DNA of 64,000 nucleotides from an uncultured Bacteroidales bacterium (GTDB lineage Bacteria; Bacteroidota; Bacteroidia; Bacteroidales; GCA-2711565): NCBI GenBank assembly GCA_942491855.1, contig CALOCL010000041.1, positions 81,024 to 145,023 of the forward strand, read 5' to 3'. Shown piece by piece: positions 63,510 to 64,000 of this stretch (position 1 is its first letter; each line of letters starts with the position of its first letter). The notes under the pieces were generated by a model. It saw only the letters and a program-made list of their open reading frames with translations, ran no database searches and was not told where the DNA came from. The position numbers and the translations under genes were made by a program.

Positions 63510-64000
63510 TTAAAATCTCAATCGAAAACCCAAATTTGCAAGAATATAAGTGATTGGTTTTCTGTCAATCCTAATTTCATTGGCTGTCCAGAAGGTAAAT
63601 TCTGCCACTGAATGATTGTAAGATGAATGAAAAATTAAGCTCCACCCCTCTCTAATTTCATATTCAAAATCGAATGATAGCTGATAAGCAAAAGCATAAT
63701 CAGAAGCTGCAGAAATTTCAAAATATTCAGGTCCGAATAGGAAGTATTTTGGCTTATGAAGCTGATAAGGAGAACGAATCTCAGTTATTCCGGCATTAAC
63801 ACCAGTTTGAATATTCAATTTTTGAACTATTTCCTTTTCATAAAACACGCCACCCATAGCCGTTAATGCCAAGTAAGGATCTGAACGGATACTTACATCA
63901 CTTAAAAATGGATCAGCTGCAACCCTTACCCAACCCAGGCTGGCTACATCCACCGGATTCATAACTCCACTAAGCGTAGCCCTTAGTCCAAAAGGAACTT
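63510..64000 (-). CDS. probable outer-membrane beta-barrel protein, 5' end outside the window
   Basis: The frame stays open to the window edge (VPFGLRATLSGVMNP...). Amphipathic beta strands and a C-terminal LGFRLRF ending in Phe (beta-signal-like). Confidence 0.6.
   Translation of the reverse strand, partial: VPFGLRATLSGVMNPVDVASLGWVRVAADPFLSDVSIRSDPYLALTAMGGVFYEKEIVQKLNIQTGVNAGITEIRSPYQLHKPKYFLFGPEYFEISAASDYAFAYQLSFDFEYEIREGWSLIFHSSYNHSVAEFTFWTANEIRIDRKPITYILANLGFRLRF

Overview
A 64 kb chromosomal segment of an AT-rich Bacteroidota bacterium. TAnnTTTG -7 promoter elements and Bacteroidales-type gene families support that assignment. Most of it is housekeeping: lon, typA, gyrA, clpC, an ABC-F protein, a DEAD-box helicase, Dus, MsrA and acyl-CoA dehydrogenases, plus three amino-acid biosynthesis operons (met/asd, dap/lys, arg). 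I found no rRNA, tRNA, CRISPR array, integrase or transposase. The main observations are: (1) an AT-rich three-gene cassette at 17385-19353 encoding a STAS-like plus GHKL-ATPase protein, a DUF4325-type STAS protein and a single-TM protein, a candidate partner-switching or defence module; (2) two short leader ORFs missing from the ORF track, an Arg-rich one before the arg operon (26128-26238) and a Met-rich one directly after a SAM-I riboswitch (5657-5752), suggesting ribosome-mediated attenuation; (3) an array of ACTTAATT direct repeats between two divergent orphan genes (34315-34419), one of which has AAA+-lid-like and HTH-like segments; (4) an ACT-domain putative regulator divergent from the lysine operon; (5) three exact 20-bp-phased repeats between a LytTR two-component system and an ABC/M1-peptidase operon; (6) sigma54-like motifs before both lon and clpC; (7) a cyclodeaminase/aminotransferase/dehydratase operon with an attenuator-like leader. 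Four genes are frameshifted (dapB, a second dnaE, argC and the dehydratase), most likely through assembly or consensus errors. All protein family calls come from recognising motifs by eye, not from database searches.
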